From assembly GCA_020049135.1 (NCBI GenBank), contig JAIFLJ010000176.1, forward strand, positions 1-62,411: DNA of 62,411 bases. The letters run 5' to 3'. The notes under the pieces are model-generated. The model saw only the letters and a program-made list of their open reading frames with translations. It searched no databases and had not been told where the DNA came from. Position numbers and translations under genes: made by a program. Shown here piece after piece: positions 17,407 to 26,246 of the stretch. This stretch comes from a bacterium. Lineage in GTDB: Bacteria; Verrucomicrobiota; Verrucomicrobiia; JADLBR01; JAIBCM01. The first letter of the stretch is position 1, and each line of letters starts with the position of its first letter.

Positions 17407-18633
17407 ATGAACTGTCGCTTTGACGGGCAGCCGCTCGCGCATGAATTTGTGGATTTGGGATACAGCCCCGTTTCCAATAGTTTTAGGAGTCAGGAAGATC
17501 AAGAGACCCCCGAGGTTTATTATCCCCTCAAACTTTGGGTGAGTGAGCGGACTTTTTTGGTGCAAACAGGGGAATACAAAAAGGCGGCAGAGATTTTTTC
17601 AGGAGATTATGTCTATTTCTCATCCTATTCCAAAAGTTGGCTTAGGCATGCCTCCCAATATGTGGAAAAGATGGTCGAAAAATTTGGGCTGAATGCGACT
17701 TCACAAGTAGTTGAAATCGCCTCCAACGACGGTTATCTGCTCCAGTATTTCAAACAGAAAAACATCCCTTGCTACGGTGTGGAGCCTTCTGGGAGTGTGG
17801 CGGGTGCTGCTCGGGAAAAAGGGATAGAAACGCTGGAATTATTTTTTGGGGTAGAGACGGCCACAAAGTTGGCTGAGGGCGGGAGGAAGGCCGATCTGCT
17901 CTTGGGAAATAATGTTTTGGCGCATGTCCCCGATTTAAACGATTTCGTGAAAGGGTTGAAAATATTGCTTAAACCGCAAGGGGTAGTGACGATGGAATTT
18001 CCGCATTTGATGCAGCTCGTGGAACAGAACCAGTTCGACACGATTTATCACGAGCATTTTTCCTATTTTTCATTTTATACGGTTTGCCAAGTTTTTCGTT
18101 CGCATGGTTTGGAGATGTTTGATGTCGAGGAAATCCCGACCCATGGAGGCTCGCTTCGGATTTATGCCGCTCATGAGCAGGACAAGTCAAAAACCGTCTC
18201 GCCCTCCGTGGCTGCTCTTCTTTTGAAAGAGCGAGAAAAAGGGATGCAAACTCTGGATTATTACGGGCATTTTCAGCCAAAAGTGGAAAAAGTGAAGCGC
18301 GATTTTCTGAAGTTTTTATTGGATCAAAGGAGTCAGGGCAAAACGGTTGCCGCCTATGGGGCAGCCGCCAAGGGAAACACCTTGTTAAATTATTGCGGAG
18401 TTCGGCGCGATTTGATCTCTTTTGTGTGCGACGCTTCTCCGCACAAGCAGGGAAAATTTTTGCCTGGCAGTCACATCCCTGTTTTTGATCCTGTTGAAAT
18501 CGAAAAAAGGAAGCCCGATTTTGTGGTGATCTTACCTTGGAACATCCGCGAGGAAATCATGGAACAACTGTCCGTCATCAGGCAGTGGGGCGGGAAATTT
18601 GTCGTCGCAGTGCCCTGTTTGCAAACCCTATGA
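17407..18633 (+). CDS. NDP-hexose C-methyltransferase (TylCIII-like; Zn-binding N-domain + SAM MT + C-terminal domain)
   Basis: MNCRFDGQPLAHEFVDLGYSPVSNSF, EIASNDGYLL, IYHEHFSYFS and PTHGGSLRIYA. GGAGGA lies 7 nt upstream of the ATG at 17407. Confidence 0.75.
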   Translation: MNCRFDGQPLAHEFVDLGYSPVSNSFRSQEDQETPEVYYPLKLWVSERTFLVQTGEYKKAAEIFSGDYVYFSSYSKSWLRHASQYVEKMVEKFGLNATSQVVEIASNDGYLLQYFKQKNIPCYGVEPSGSVAGAAREKGIETLELFFGVETATKLAEGGRKADLLLGNNVLAHVPDLNDFVKGLKILLKPQGVVTMEFPHLMQLVEQNQFDTIYHEHFSYFSFYTVCQVFRSHGLEMFDVEEIPTHGGSLRIYAAHEQDKSKTVSPSVAALLLKEREKGMQTLDYYGHFQPKVEKVKRDFLKFLLDQRSQGKTVAAYGAAAKGNTLLNYCGVRRDLISFVCDASPHKQGKFLPGSHIPVFDPVEIEKRKPDFVVILPWNIREEIMEQLSVIRQWGGKFVVAVPCLQTL

Positions 18634-19160
18634 TTTTTCGAGAAACTCGGCTGAGCGGATGTTTCGTCATCGAGCTTGAAAAAAGAGCCGATGAAAGAGG
18701 GTGGTTTGCAAGGACTTGGTGCCGCGATGAGTTTTCAAAAAACGGCATCGAAGTTTTTTGGGTGCAGGGGAACAGTTCGTTCAATAGCCAAAAAGGGACT
18801 TTGCGGGGGATGCACTTTCAGCTCGCTCCCTGTGGCGAGGCAAAACTGATTCGGTGTTGTCGTGGTCGGGCGTATGATGTCGCCCTAGATTTAAGACCTG
18901 AATCGCCGACATTCAAGCAATGGACAAGTGTGGAACTTGCGCCAGACAACGGGAAAATGATTTTTATTCCAGAGGGTTTTGCCCACGGGTTTCAAACTCT
19001 CGAAGACGGCACCGAACTGTTGTATCAAATGTCCGAAAACCACCATCCGCAACTTGCTTCTGGCGTTCGATGGAACGATGCCGCATTCGGTATCCTGTGG
19101 CCGTTGGCCGACCCGATCTTATCACCGAAAGACCAAGCTTACCCGGATTACGAGGGATGA
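18630..19160 (+). CDS. NDP-4-keto-6-deoxyhexose 3,5-epimerase (RmlC-like cupin)
   Basis: ERGWFARTWCRDEF..QGNSSFNSQKGTLRGMHFQ...GFAHGFQTL. ATGA overlap with the upstream gene. Confidence 0.8.
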   Translation: MIFRETRLSGCFVIELEKRADERGWFARTWCRDEFSKNGIEVFWVQGNSSFNSQKGTLRGMHFQLAPCGEAKLIRCCRGRAYDVALDLRPESPTFKQWTSVELAPDNGKMIFIPEGFAHGFQTLEDGTELLYQMSENHHPQLASGVRWNDAAFGILWPLADPILSPKDQAYPDYEG

Positions 19161-20038
19161 AAATTTTTGTCACAGGCGGTTCTGGGTATGTGGGATCGTA
19201 TGTCGTGCTGGCTCTTTTGGCCAAAGGGCATGATGTGGCCGTTTTGTTGCAGGGTGGCGACAAGGCATCGCGACTTGATGCGGTCCGCAATAATATCCGC
19301 ATGGTGGACGGAGATTTGGGCTCGTCCGATTCTTACGCAGATTTTTTGAGGGGATGGAAACCAGATGCCGCGATAAGTCTGGCGTGGTATGCCGAGCCGG
19401 GCAAGTATTTGAATGCCATAACAGAGAATCTGGCTTCTCTCGACGGCAGTTTGAAACTCGCGCAAGCGCTTTTTCAAGTCGGGTGCCGCCGTGTGGTCAT
19501 GGCGGGCACCTGCGCGGAATACGACATGGACGCGGGATTTTTAAAAGAGGATGGCCTAGCCGCTCCGACTACCGTCTATGGCGAAACCAAGCTGGCCATG
19601 TGCCGGCTGGGTCTGCGCTTGGCGGCGGAACAAAAGGCCGATTTCGTTTGGGCTCGTCTTTTTTATCTGTTTGGCGGCAGCGAAAATGCAGGACGGCTAG
19701 TTCCTGATTTCAAAAAAACAATTTCGGAAGGACGGGTTTTTAAAGCCACGAAAGGGGAGCAAGTTAGGGACTATATCCACATCAAGGATGCCGCCGAGGC
19801 GTTTGTGTTGTTGGCGGAGTGTGGTGCTGGCGGCATTTACAATGTTTGTTCGGGAGTCCCATTGAGGCTGCGCGATTTTTTGCTGGCGATGGCATCGGAG
19901 ATGGGGAAAAAGGATGGCATGGATTTCGGCGCGGTCCCGTATAGGGCTTGGGAGCCTATGTTTGTTTGTGGCGATAATAGTAAGCTGAAATCTCTCGGGT
20001 GGGTTCCGCGTGATCCGCTCGATTGTCTTTTGGATTAG
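19157..20038 (+). CDS. NAD(P)-dependent SDR, probable NDP-4-ketohexose reductase
   Basis: MKIFVTGGSGYVGSYVV (Rossmann) and YGETKLAMC (YxxxK). ATGA overlap with the epimerase gene. Confidence 0.75.
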   Translation: MKIFVTGGSGYVGSYVVLALLAKGHDVAVLLQGGDKASRLDAVRNNIRMVDGDLGSSDSYADFLRGWKPDAAISLAWYAEPGKYLNAITENLASLDGSLKLAQALFQVGCRRVVMAGTCAEYDMDAGFLKEDGLAAPTTVYGETKLAMCRLGLRLAAEQKADFVWARLFYLFGGSENAGRLVPDFKKTISEGRVFKATKGEQVRDYIHIKDAAEAFVLLAECGAGGIYNVCSGVPLRLRDFLLAMASEMGKKDGMDFGAVPYRAWEPMFVCGDNSKLKSLGWVPRDPLDCLLD

Positions 20039-20044
20039 AAAAAT

Positions 20045-22132
20045 ATGAGCGAATTAAAATCAGATGAGGTCGTTTCTCGTTTAAAAAAACTCAAAATTGG
20101 CTATGTGCCTTACAGCGAGAATTTGGACGCGCCTGGGGACAGGAGGCGTTTTGTCTATTACGCACGCAAAAATAATATTCCCTTTGAGGTGGCGGATCCG
20201 TCCAAGCGATACGATATCGTGATTCTTTCCGGATTTGCGGATTTGACCGTTTGGAGCAAATACCGTCGCGGCGTTCTGGTCTTTGATTTGATTGACTCTT
20301 ATCTGGACGAGTCCAACAACAGTTTCAAAGACACCTTTCGTGGGACGGCCAAGTGGATTTTGCGCAAACACAGATATTGGGAGATGGACTACAAAAAGAC
20401 CATCAAAGAGACCTTGTTGCAATGCCGTGCGGCCGTTTGTTGCACTGTGGAGCAGCAGCGCCTGATCAAAGAGTTTTGCCCCGAGGTGCATATCATTTTG
20501 GATATCCATAACAGCTCGACCAAGACCGTCAAAACGAGCTATGAGGCTTCTTCGCCTGTTTTCAATATCGTGTGGGAGGGGTTGCCTTACACGATGGAGA
20601 CCTTGAAGATTTTGAAAGGGCCTTTGGAAAAAATCCAAAAAACGCATCCGGTGGCTTTGCATATCATCACCGATTTGGAATATTACAAATACGCCAGAAC
20701 GGCGGGCAAAACGCTGACGCAAAAAGAAGCCGCCAAAATATTTGCCAACACCTTTTTATATTCGTGGAACGAATCCACGGTCTCTTCGATCATTACTTCT
20801 TGCGACATGGCGGTGATCCCGCTCCGCGCCAACAACGCGCTCGATTTTGGAAAACCAGAAAACAAACTGTTACTTTTTTGGCGGATGGGGATGCCTGTTT
20901 TGACATCGGATACACCTGCTTACACTAGGGCAATGGCTCGTTGTGGATCGGATATGGCCTGCGGAACAGAAGATGAGTGGGTGGAAAAACTGTTGCGCTA
21001 CATCATGAGCGCGGATGCCAGAAAAGAAGCTGCAGAAAAGGGTATGAGATATGCCTCAACAGAGCATGGAGAGGATGTCACTTTGGCGAGATGGGATAAA
21101 CTATTTTCCATATTTATGGAAAAAGGGGAAATAAATGGAAGGAGTGGCATTCATAATCCGCTTGTGGTAGAAAAGGATGTTCAAGAACCCGCATCTATTT
21201 ATGAGTTTGAAATCAGTAATAGTTTAAGGCAAAACATTGATGCACGCATTTATGATGAATGGAGAAGTCCATCATTTCGATCTGATTTGACTCCCAGGTT
21301 ATCGGTTGTGATGCCAATTTATAATGGTGAGAAATACCTAGCGGACTCTTTAAGAAGTCTCCTAGCGCAGTCTTTTGAAGATTTCGAGGTTGTTTTGGTT
21401 GACGATGGTTCGAGGGATCGTGGACCAGAAATTGTAAAATCTTTCAGCAATATTCCGATTAAGATGGTGAAGCAGATAAACGGCGGAATCGGTTCCGCAC
21501 TGAGAACTGGGTGTCAAATTGCGCGGGCAGAGTGGATTGCTCGAATGGATCAGGATGATGTTGCATTGCCAGATAGATTTCTAAAGCAAATGGCTTACCT
21601 TGAAAAAAATCCTAAAATTGGTTTGCTAGGAACAGGAGTGATTGAAATTAATAGTTTCGGAGAGGAGACAGGAAAATATATATTTCCATCAGAGAATGAT
21701 GACATAAAAAGATTGCTCATAGTCAGAAATATGTTTTTGCATCCAACAACTATTTTCAAGAAATCTATTTATGAGGAAGTCGGTGGTTACAGTTTGAACA
21801 GGGATATGCCTGAGGATTGGGATTTGTGGATTAGAATGATTGATAAGACGCAAGTGGCAAACCTGAGCGAATGCCTTTTGATGTATAGAAGACACGATAA
21901 ATCCATATCTATAGTGCGTGCCAGACATTATCAGTTTCAGGGTATTAAATTGAGGGGGAGAGCGATTCTTGAAGGTCGTTACTCTTTTTACAATTTAATT
22001 TATATCATATTTGCTTTACTGGGTTTGATTCTGCCAATGAACATAGTAGCTATGATCAGGAAGCGGATTCACAAACATTACCACTTTTATCCTAGCCGTG
22101 ATTTTCGATCAAATGATAAACCTCTGAAATGA
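20045..22132 (+). CDS. Two-domain glycosyltransferase: N-terminal GT-B-like domain fused to an AT-rich C-terminal GT2 domain with a terminal TM helix
   Basis: The N-terminal part has KPENKLLLFWRMGMPVLTSDTPAY. The C-terminal part has LSVVMPIYNGEKYLADSLRSLLAQSFEDFEVVLVDDGSRD and ARMDQDDVALPDRFLKQMAYLEKNPKIGLLGT (paralogous to 6317..7333). The C-terminal helix is FYNLIYIIFALLGLILPMNIVAMI. Confidence 0.7.
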   Translation: MSELKSDEVVSRLKKLKIGYVPYSENLDAPGDRRRFVYYARKNNIPFEVADPSKRYDIVILSGFADLTVWSKYRRGVLVFDLIDSYLDESNNSFKDTFRGTAKWILRKHRYWEMDYKKTIKETLLQCRAAVCCTVEQQRLIKEFCPEVHIILDIHNSSTKTVKTSYEASSPVFNIVWEGLPYTMETLKILKGPLEKIQKTHPVALHIITDLEYYKYARTAGKTLTQKEAAKIFANTFLYSWNESTVSSIITSCDMAVIPLRANNALDFGKPENKLLLFWRMGMPVLTSDTPAYTRAMARCGSDMACGTEDEWVEKLLRYIMSADARKEAAEKGMRYASTEHGEDVTLARWDKLFSIFMEKGEINGRSGIHNPLVVEKDVQEPASIYEFEISNSLRQNIDARIYDEWRSPSFRSDLTPRLSVVMPIYNGEKYLADSLRSLLAQSFEDFEVVLVDDGSRDRGPEIVKSFSNIPIKMVKQINGGIGSALRTGCQIARAEWIARMDQDDVALPDRFLKQMAYLEKNPKIGLLGTGVIEINSFGEETGKYIFPSENDDIKRLLIVRNMFLHPTTIFKKSIYEEVGGYSLNRDMPEDWDLWIRMIDKTQVANLSECLLMYRRHDKSISIVRARHYQFQGIKLRGRAILEGRYSFYNLIYIIFALLGLILPMNIVAMIRKRIHKHYHFYPSRDFRSNDKPLK

Positions 22133-22344
22133 TCTGTTTTATGTGCGCATGTCCTGTGGTGGAGCCCGATGATGTGGAGGGGATCGCGAGAACCCTAGAA
22201 GATTTGTTTGTGAAATGGCAAAAGGGCGTTTTGAAAGTCTCCGATGCTTTTGGTTCCGTAGCCGCAGATTACAGCATAGAGAAGACAACGGGCAAACTTC
22301 ACGAGCTTTTGGAAGAGGTTAGCTGTTTGAAGCATGGAAGATAA
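22129..22344 (+). pseudogene. C-terminal relic of a GT4-type glycosyltransferase
   Basis: The 71-aa product (..VVEPDDVEGIARTLEDLFVKWQ...AADYSIEKTTGKLHELL) looks like only the last ~60 residues of a GT4 enzyme. There is no catalytic region. Confidence 0.45.
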
Positions 22345-22350
22345 AAAATT

Positions 22351-23451
22351 ATGAAAGGGGCGATTGACAGGATTCAGGTCAGCGGGTTCAAGTCTATTCG
22401 CCAAGCGGATGTCCGTTTGAATGCGCTTAATGTGCTCATCGGGGCAAACGGCGTAGGCAAATCTAATTTTATTGGTCTTTTCAAACTGCTCCGAAACATC
22501 ATCGAACGCCGATTGCAGGTTTATGTGGGTGCGTCAGGGGGGGCGGGAAGCCTGCTCCATTTTGGCCGAAAAAAAACATCGGCCATGAAAATCGAACTCA
22601 CCTTCTCAGACGCTACGAACGGTTATCTTTGCCAACTCATGGGCACGGATGAGGATTTGCTTTTTTTTGCCGAAGAGGAAACTTGGTTTCACGACAAGGA
22701 GAAGCATGAGAAGACTTGCCCATCAAGGCTCGGGAGTGGACACAGAGAAACGCGTTTGGTTGATGATCAAGGTATCCCCCTGAGGGGCGTTGCCGAACAT
22801 GTGTTCGAAGTCATGCGAAGCTGGCGAACCTACCACTTTCACGATACCAGTCCAGAAGCTAAAATGAAGCAATCCTGCGAGTTGCACGACAACCGCAGTT
22901 TCAAGGGCGATGCCTCCAATCTTGCCGCATTTCTCTATTTCTTGCGCGAGAAGCACGCTTCGCACTACAGGAACATTATTGACGCGGTCCGCATGATGGC
23001 TCCTTGCGTGGATGATTTTATTTTGGAGCCGCTCGCATTAAACCAGAACATGATCCGGTTGGAGTGGAAGGAAAAGGGGAGCGACCATGTGTTTGGTCCC
23101 GGAGCTCTTTCTGACGGCACGCTTCGCTTTATTTGTCTTGCCGCCCTCCTTCTCCAACCGAATTTGCCCAGCACGATACTTCTTGATGAGCCAGAGTTGG
23201 GTTTGCACCCTTACGCCATAGTGCTTTTGTCCGAATTACTTCGTGGGGCAGCCACTAAAACGCAGGTGATCGCTTCTACGCAATCAACCGGCCTCGTCAA
23301 TCAGTTTGAGCCCCAAGATATTATCGTCGTCGAACGGGAAGCTGGCCAAAGCATCTTTAAGCGTCTCGACAAAAACTCCATGGAGAATTGGCTTGAAGAC
23401 TATGGGTTGGGCGACCTTTGGGAAAAAAACCTGCTTGGAGGACGCCCGTGA
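22351..23451 (+). CDS. ABC/SMC-like ATPase (AAA_21/AAA_15-type, OLD/AriA/RloA-like)
   Basis: Walker A GANGVGKSN, signature-like LSDGTLRF and Walker B ILLDEPELGLHP. There is no TM or substrate-binding domain. Confidence 0.8.
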   Translation: MKGAIDRIQVSGFKSIRQADVRLNALNVLIGANGVGKSNFIGLFKLLRNIIERRLQVYVGASGGAGSLLHFGRKKTSAMKIELTFSDATNGYLCQLMGTDEDLLFFAEEETWFHDKEKHEKTCPSRLGSGHRETRLVDDQGIPLRGVAEHVFEVMRSWRTYHFHDTSPEAKMKQSCELHDNRSFKGDASNLAAFLYFLREKHASHYRNIIDAVRMMAPCVDDFILEPLALNQNMIRLEWKEKGSDHVFGPGALSDGTLRFICLAALLLQPNLPSTILLDEPELGLHPYAIVLLSELLRGAATKTQVIASTQSTGLVNQFEPQDIIVVEREAGQSIFKRLDKNSMENWLEDYGLGDLWEKNLLGGRP

Positions 23452-24116
23452 GTTTCCGCAAAATATTGATCCTTGTGGAGGGGCAAACGGAAGAAAGTTT
23501 TGTTAAGAGTGTTCTCGCGGCATCCATGCCTGAAGGCCTCTATTTGCAACCGGTTATCGTGGCGACAAAGCGGGTAAATTCAGGCGGCAAATTTAAAGGC
23601 GGGGTGCCCGGTTATCCGAAAGTGCGCGGAGAGGTGATGCGTCTTTTGGCGGATTCTAGCGCGGTGGCGGTCACGACGATGTTGGACTATTACGCGCTTC
23701 CCGATTCTTTTCCTGGAAGAAGTCAACCGCTAGGAATTACGGCCTGCGCGAAAGTTAGCCATGTGGAGGCGGCGTGGTTTGCTGATATTGGCGATGAGCG
23801 TTTTCGCGCCTATTTGTCGCTGCATGAATTTGAGGCCTTGTTGTTTTCGGAGACAGCCACCATCGCCGATGCGTTTGCGAAGCCCGAACTCGCTTTGGGG
23901 CTGGCAAATATCCGCTCTTCGTTTCCTACGCCTGAAGAGATCAACGACGGTCCAGAAACAGCCCCATCAGCCCGCCTTGAAACTCTCTATCCGCGATACA
24001 ACAAACCGCTGTTTGGCACACTCGTCGCCCAACGCATTGGAATCGAAAAAATGGTGAAGGAATGCCCGCATTTTGCCGGCTGGGTGGGTTTTTTGAAATC
24101 ATTAGGCAGCGGTTAG
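23448..24116 (+). CDS. DUF4276-like small protein (putative nuclease partner of the ATPase)
   Basis: GTGA-coupled start. It has N-terminal ILILVEGQTEESFVKSVL (EGxxE acidic motif), DYYALPDSFP, HEFEALLF and PEEINDGPETAPSARL, a pattern I recognise as DUF4276. Confidence 0.6.
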   Translation: MSFRKILILVEGQTEESFVKSVLAASMPEGLYLQPVIVATKRVNSGGKFKGGVPGYPKVRGEVMRLLADSSAVAVTTMLDYYALPDSFPGRSQPLGITACAKVSHVEAAWFADIGDERFRAYLSLHEFEALLFSETATIADAFAKPELALGLANIRSSFPTPEEINDGPETAPSARLETLYPRYNKPLFGTLVAQRIGIEKMVKECPHFAGWVGFLKSLGSG

Positions 24117-24271
24117 AAAGTTTTATGGAAGATAGAGAGCAAAGACGAGTGGATGACTTTGCTCCCTTTTACTGGATCAGGGCAAGGAACCTGCTTTTAT
24201 TGGCGGTTTGCCTTTGGGGTTACGCCAGCTACAGATGGGTCGAGAGGGGAAAACGAAAGGTTTGGTAGAAG

Positions 24272-26245
24272 ATGTGCGGTTTTGTAGGTATTTTAAATTT
24301 GAAAGGGCATTCCTTGCCGGGGGAGATCCGTGCCCGGATGGAGTCCATGACAGATGCTCTGATTCATCGGGGTCCGGATGATAGGGGACTATGGTGCGAA
24401 TCCCAGCCAGCCGTTGCGCTCGGCTTTAGGCGGTTGGCTATTTTAGATTTAACCGAGGCAGGCCATCAGCCTATGCTGTCGGCAGACGGAAAGCTTGCGA
24501 TGGTCTTCAACGGGGAAATTTACAACCATCACGCTTTAAGGGGAGAGCTTGATAGGGAAAGAACCGAGTCGGCTTGGCGGGGTCATTCAGATACGGAGAC
24601 CATTTTGGAGTTGTTTCGCCGTCATGGGGTCGGAAGTTCTCTACCAAAGCTCGACGGTATGTTTGCATTGGCGTGTTGGGACCGGCAGAAAAAAACGTTT
24701 TTTCTTGCGCGGGACAAGATGGGCGAAAAGCCGCTTTACTACGGGCGGATCGGCGAATGGTTTCTGTTTGGCTCTGAACTCAAGGCGCTGCGCCAGTTCG
24801 GGAATGAAATTCAGGGGGAACGATGTTCATGGGAAGTTGACCGGAACTCGCTGGCGGGGTATGCCCGTTACGGATACATCCCCGCTCCCCATTCTATTTA
24901 CCGCGGATTTTTTAAATTGATGCCTGGCCACTATTTGTCCGTCGAGCAGGGCGCGGAGTTTTTTTATTCCCGCCCCTACTGGGATTTTTCTAAAATCGTT
25001 TTGAGCGGTCAGGGCTCAGATGTGAAAGACGAAGAGGCCGTGGCGGCCTTGGATGGCGTTCTGCGGCGTGCTGTCAAATCGAGGATGGAATCGGATGTGC
25101 CGCTGGGTGCTTTTCTTTCCGGCGGCATTGATTCTTCCACCATCGTGGCGTTGATGCAGGCGGGTTCATCCGCCAAAATACGAACCTTTACCATCGGCTT
25201 TCATGAGGCTGCCTATAACGAGGCTGGATATGCTAAAGCCGTGGCAAACCATTTGGGGACGGATCATACCGAACTCTATGTGACGCCTGAAGATGCACGC
25301 GGGGTGATCCCGAAATTGCCTGATATTTATGATGAACCTTTTTCTGATTCGTCGCAAATTCCCACCTGTTTGCTTTCGGCGATGACACGACAGCATGTCA
25401 CGGTGAGTCTGTCGGGCGATGCTGGGGACGAGCTGTTTGGAGGTTACAACCGTTATTTTTTAGGGAGTCGTCTTTGGAGACTGTTTGGTTGGATGCCCTT
25501 TTCGTTACGGGATGCAGGCGGGCGATGGATTCAGGGTGTGCCAGCGAGGGTTTGGGATGGGATGATCAAGGGGGCAGGGGCGTTGGCTCCTAGCTCTTTG
25601 CGAGTGATGAATGCTGGGGATCGCATGCTCAAGGTGGCGCGGTTTCTTCGTTCGCCCGATCAGGAAGCGATCTATCGCAGCCTCGTTTCCGTCTGGGATC
25701 AGCCGCCAGTTTTGGGGGCAGATAACCACGCCAAGGGGATGGCTTTTTTCGAAGAAGGTGCTTTTAACCATTATTCTTTTGCTGAGAGAATGATGATGCA
25801 AGATGCGGTGACTTATTTGCCAGACGATATTTTGTGCAAGGTGGATCGTGCGGCGATGGCGGTCTCATTGGAAACGCGGGTTCCTTTTTTGTCTGAGGAA
25901 GTGATTGAGTTTGCCGCGAAGCTGCCTCTTTCTTTCAAAATTCGTCACGGGAAAGGAAAATGGCTTTTGAGGCAAGTGCTAAAAAAATATGTCCCTGATT
26001 CGCTGATCGAGAGGCCGAAGGCTGGGTTCGGGGTGCCGATTGATGAGTGGTTGCGGGGGCCGTTGAGAGAATGGGCGGAGAGTTTGTTGGGAGAGGCACG
26101 GTTGCGTGAGGAGGGGTTTTGGGATGTCCCGCTCGTCCGCCAACGGTGGCAGGAACATTTGACTGGGCGTTTTGCGTGGCATCATTCGCTTTGGACGGTG
26201 CTCATGTTTCAAGCGTGGTTGGATCGTCAGAAAAGCGTTTGTTAA
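24272..26245 (+). CDS. asnB: Asparagine synthase (glutamine-hydrolysing) family amidotransferase
   Basis: MCGFVGIL (N-terminal nucleophile Cys2) and SGGIDSS (PP-loop). Confidence 0.9.
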   Translation: MCGFVGILNLKGHSLPGEIRARMESMTDALIHRGPDDRGLWCESQPAVALGFRRLAILDLTEAGHQPMLSADGKLAMVFNGEIYNHHALRGELDRERTESAWRGHSDTETILELFRRHGVGSSLPKLDGMFALACWDRQKKTFFLARDKMGEKPLYYGRIGEWFLFGSELKALRQFGNEIQGERCSWEVDRNSLAGYARYGYIPAPHSIYRGFFKLMPGHYLSVEQGAEFFYSRPYWDFSKIVLSGQGSDVKDEEAVAALDGVLRRAVKSRMESDVPLGAFLSGGIDSSTIVALMQAGSSAKIRTFTIGFHEAAYNEAGYAKAVANHLGTDHTELYVTPEDARGVIPKLPDIYDEPFSDSSQIPTCLLSAMTRQHVTVSLSGDAGDELFGGYNRYFLGSRLWRLFGWMPFSLRDAGGRWIQGVPARVWDGMIKGAGALAPSSLRVMNAGDRMLKVARFLRSPDQEAIYRSLVSVWDQPPVLGADNHAKGMAFFEEGAFNHYSFAERMMMQDAVTYLPDDILCKVDRAAMAVSLETRVPFLSEEVIEFAAKLPLSFKIRHGKGKWLLRQVLKKYVPDSLIERPKAGFGVPIDEWLRGPLREWAESLLGEARLREEGFWDVPLVRQRWQEHLTGRFAWHHSLWTVLMFQAWLDRQKSVC

Positions 26246-26246
26246 A

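Noticed and set aside
20081-20722. 213-aa antisense ORF inside the two-domain glycosyltransferase. Similar long antisense ORFs occur at 40905..41471, 29838..30398, 59259..59825 and 10098..10560.
   Set aside because: All lie opposite well-supported genes, have low-complexity Arg/Pro/Gly-rich translations and carry no recognisable domains.
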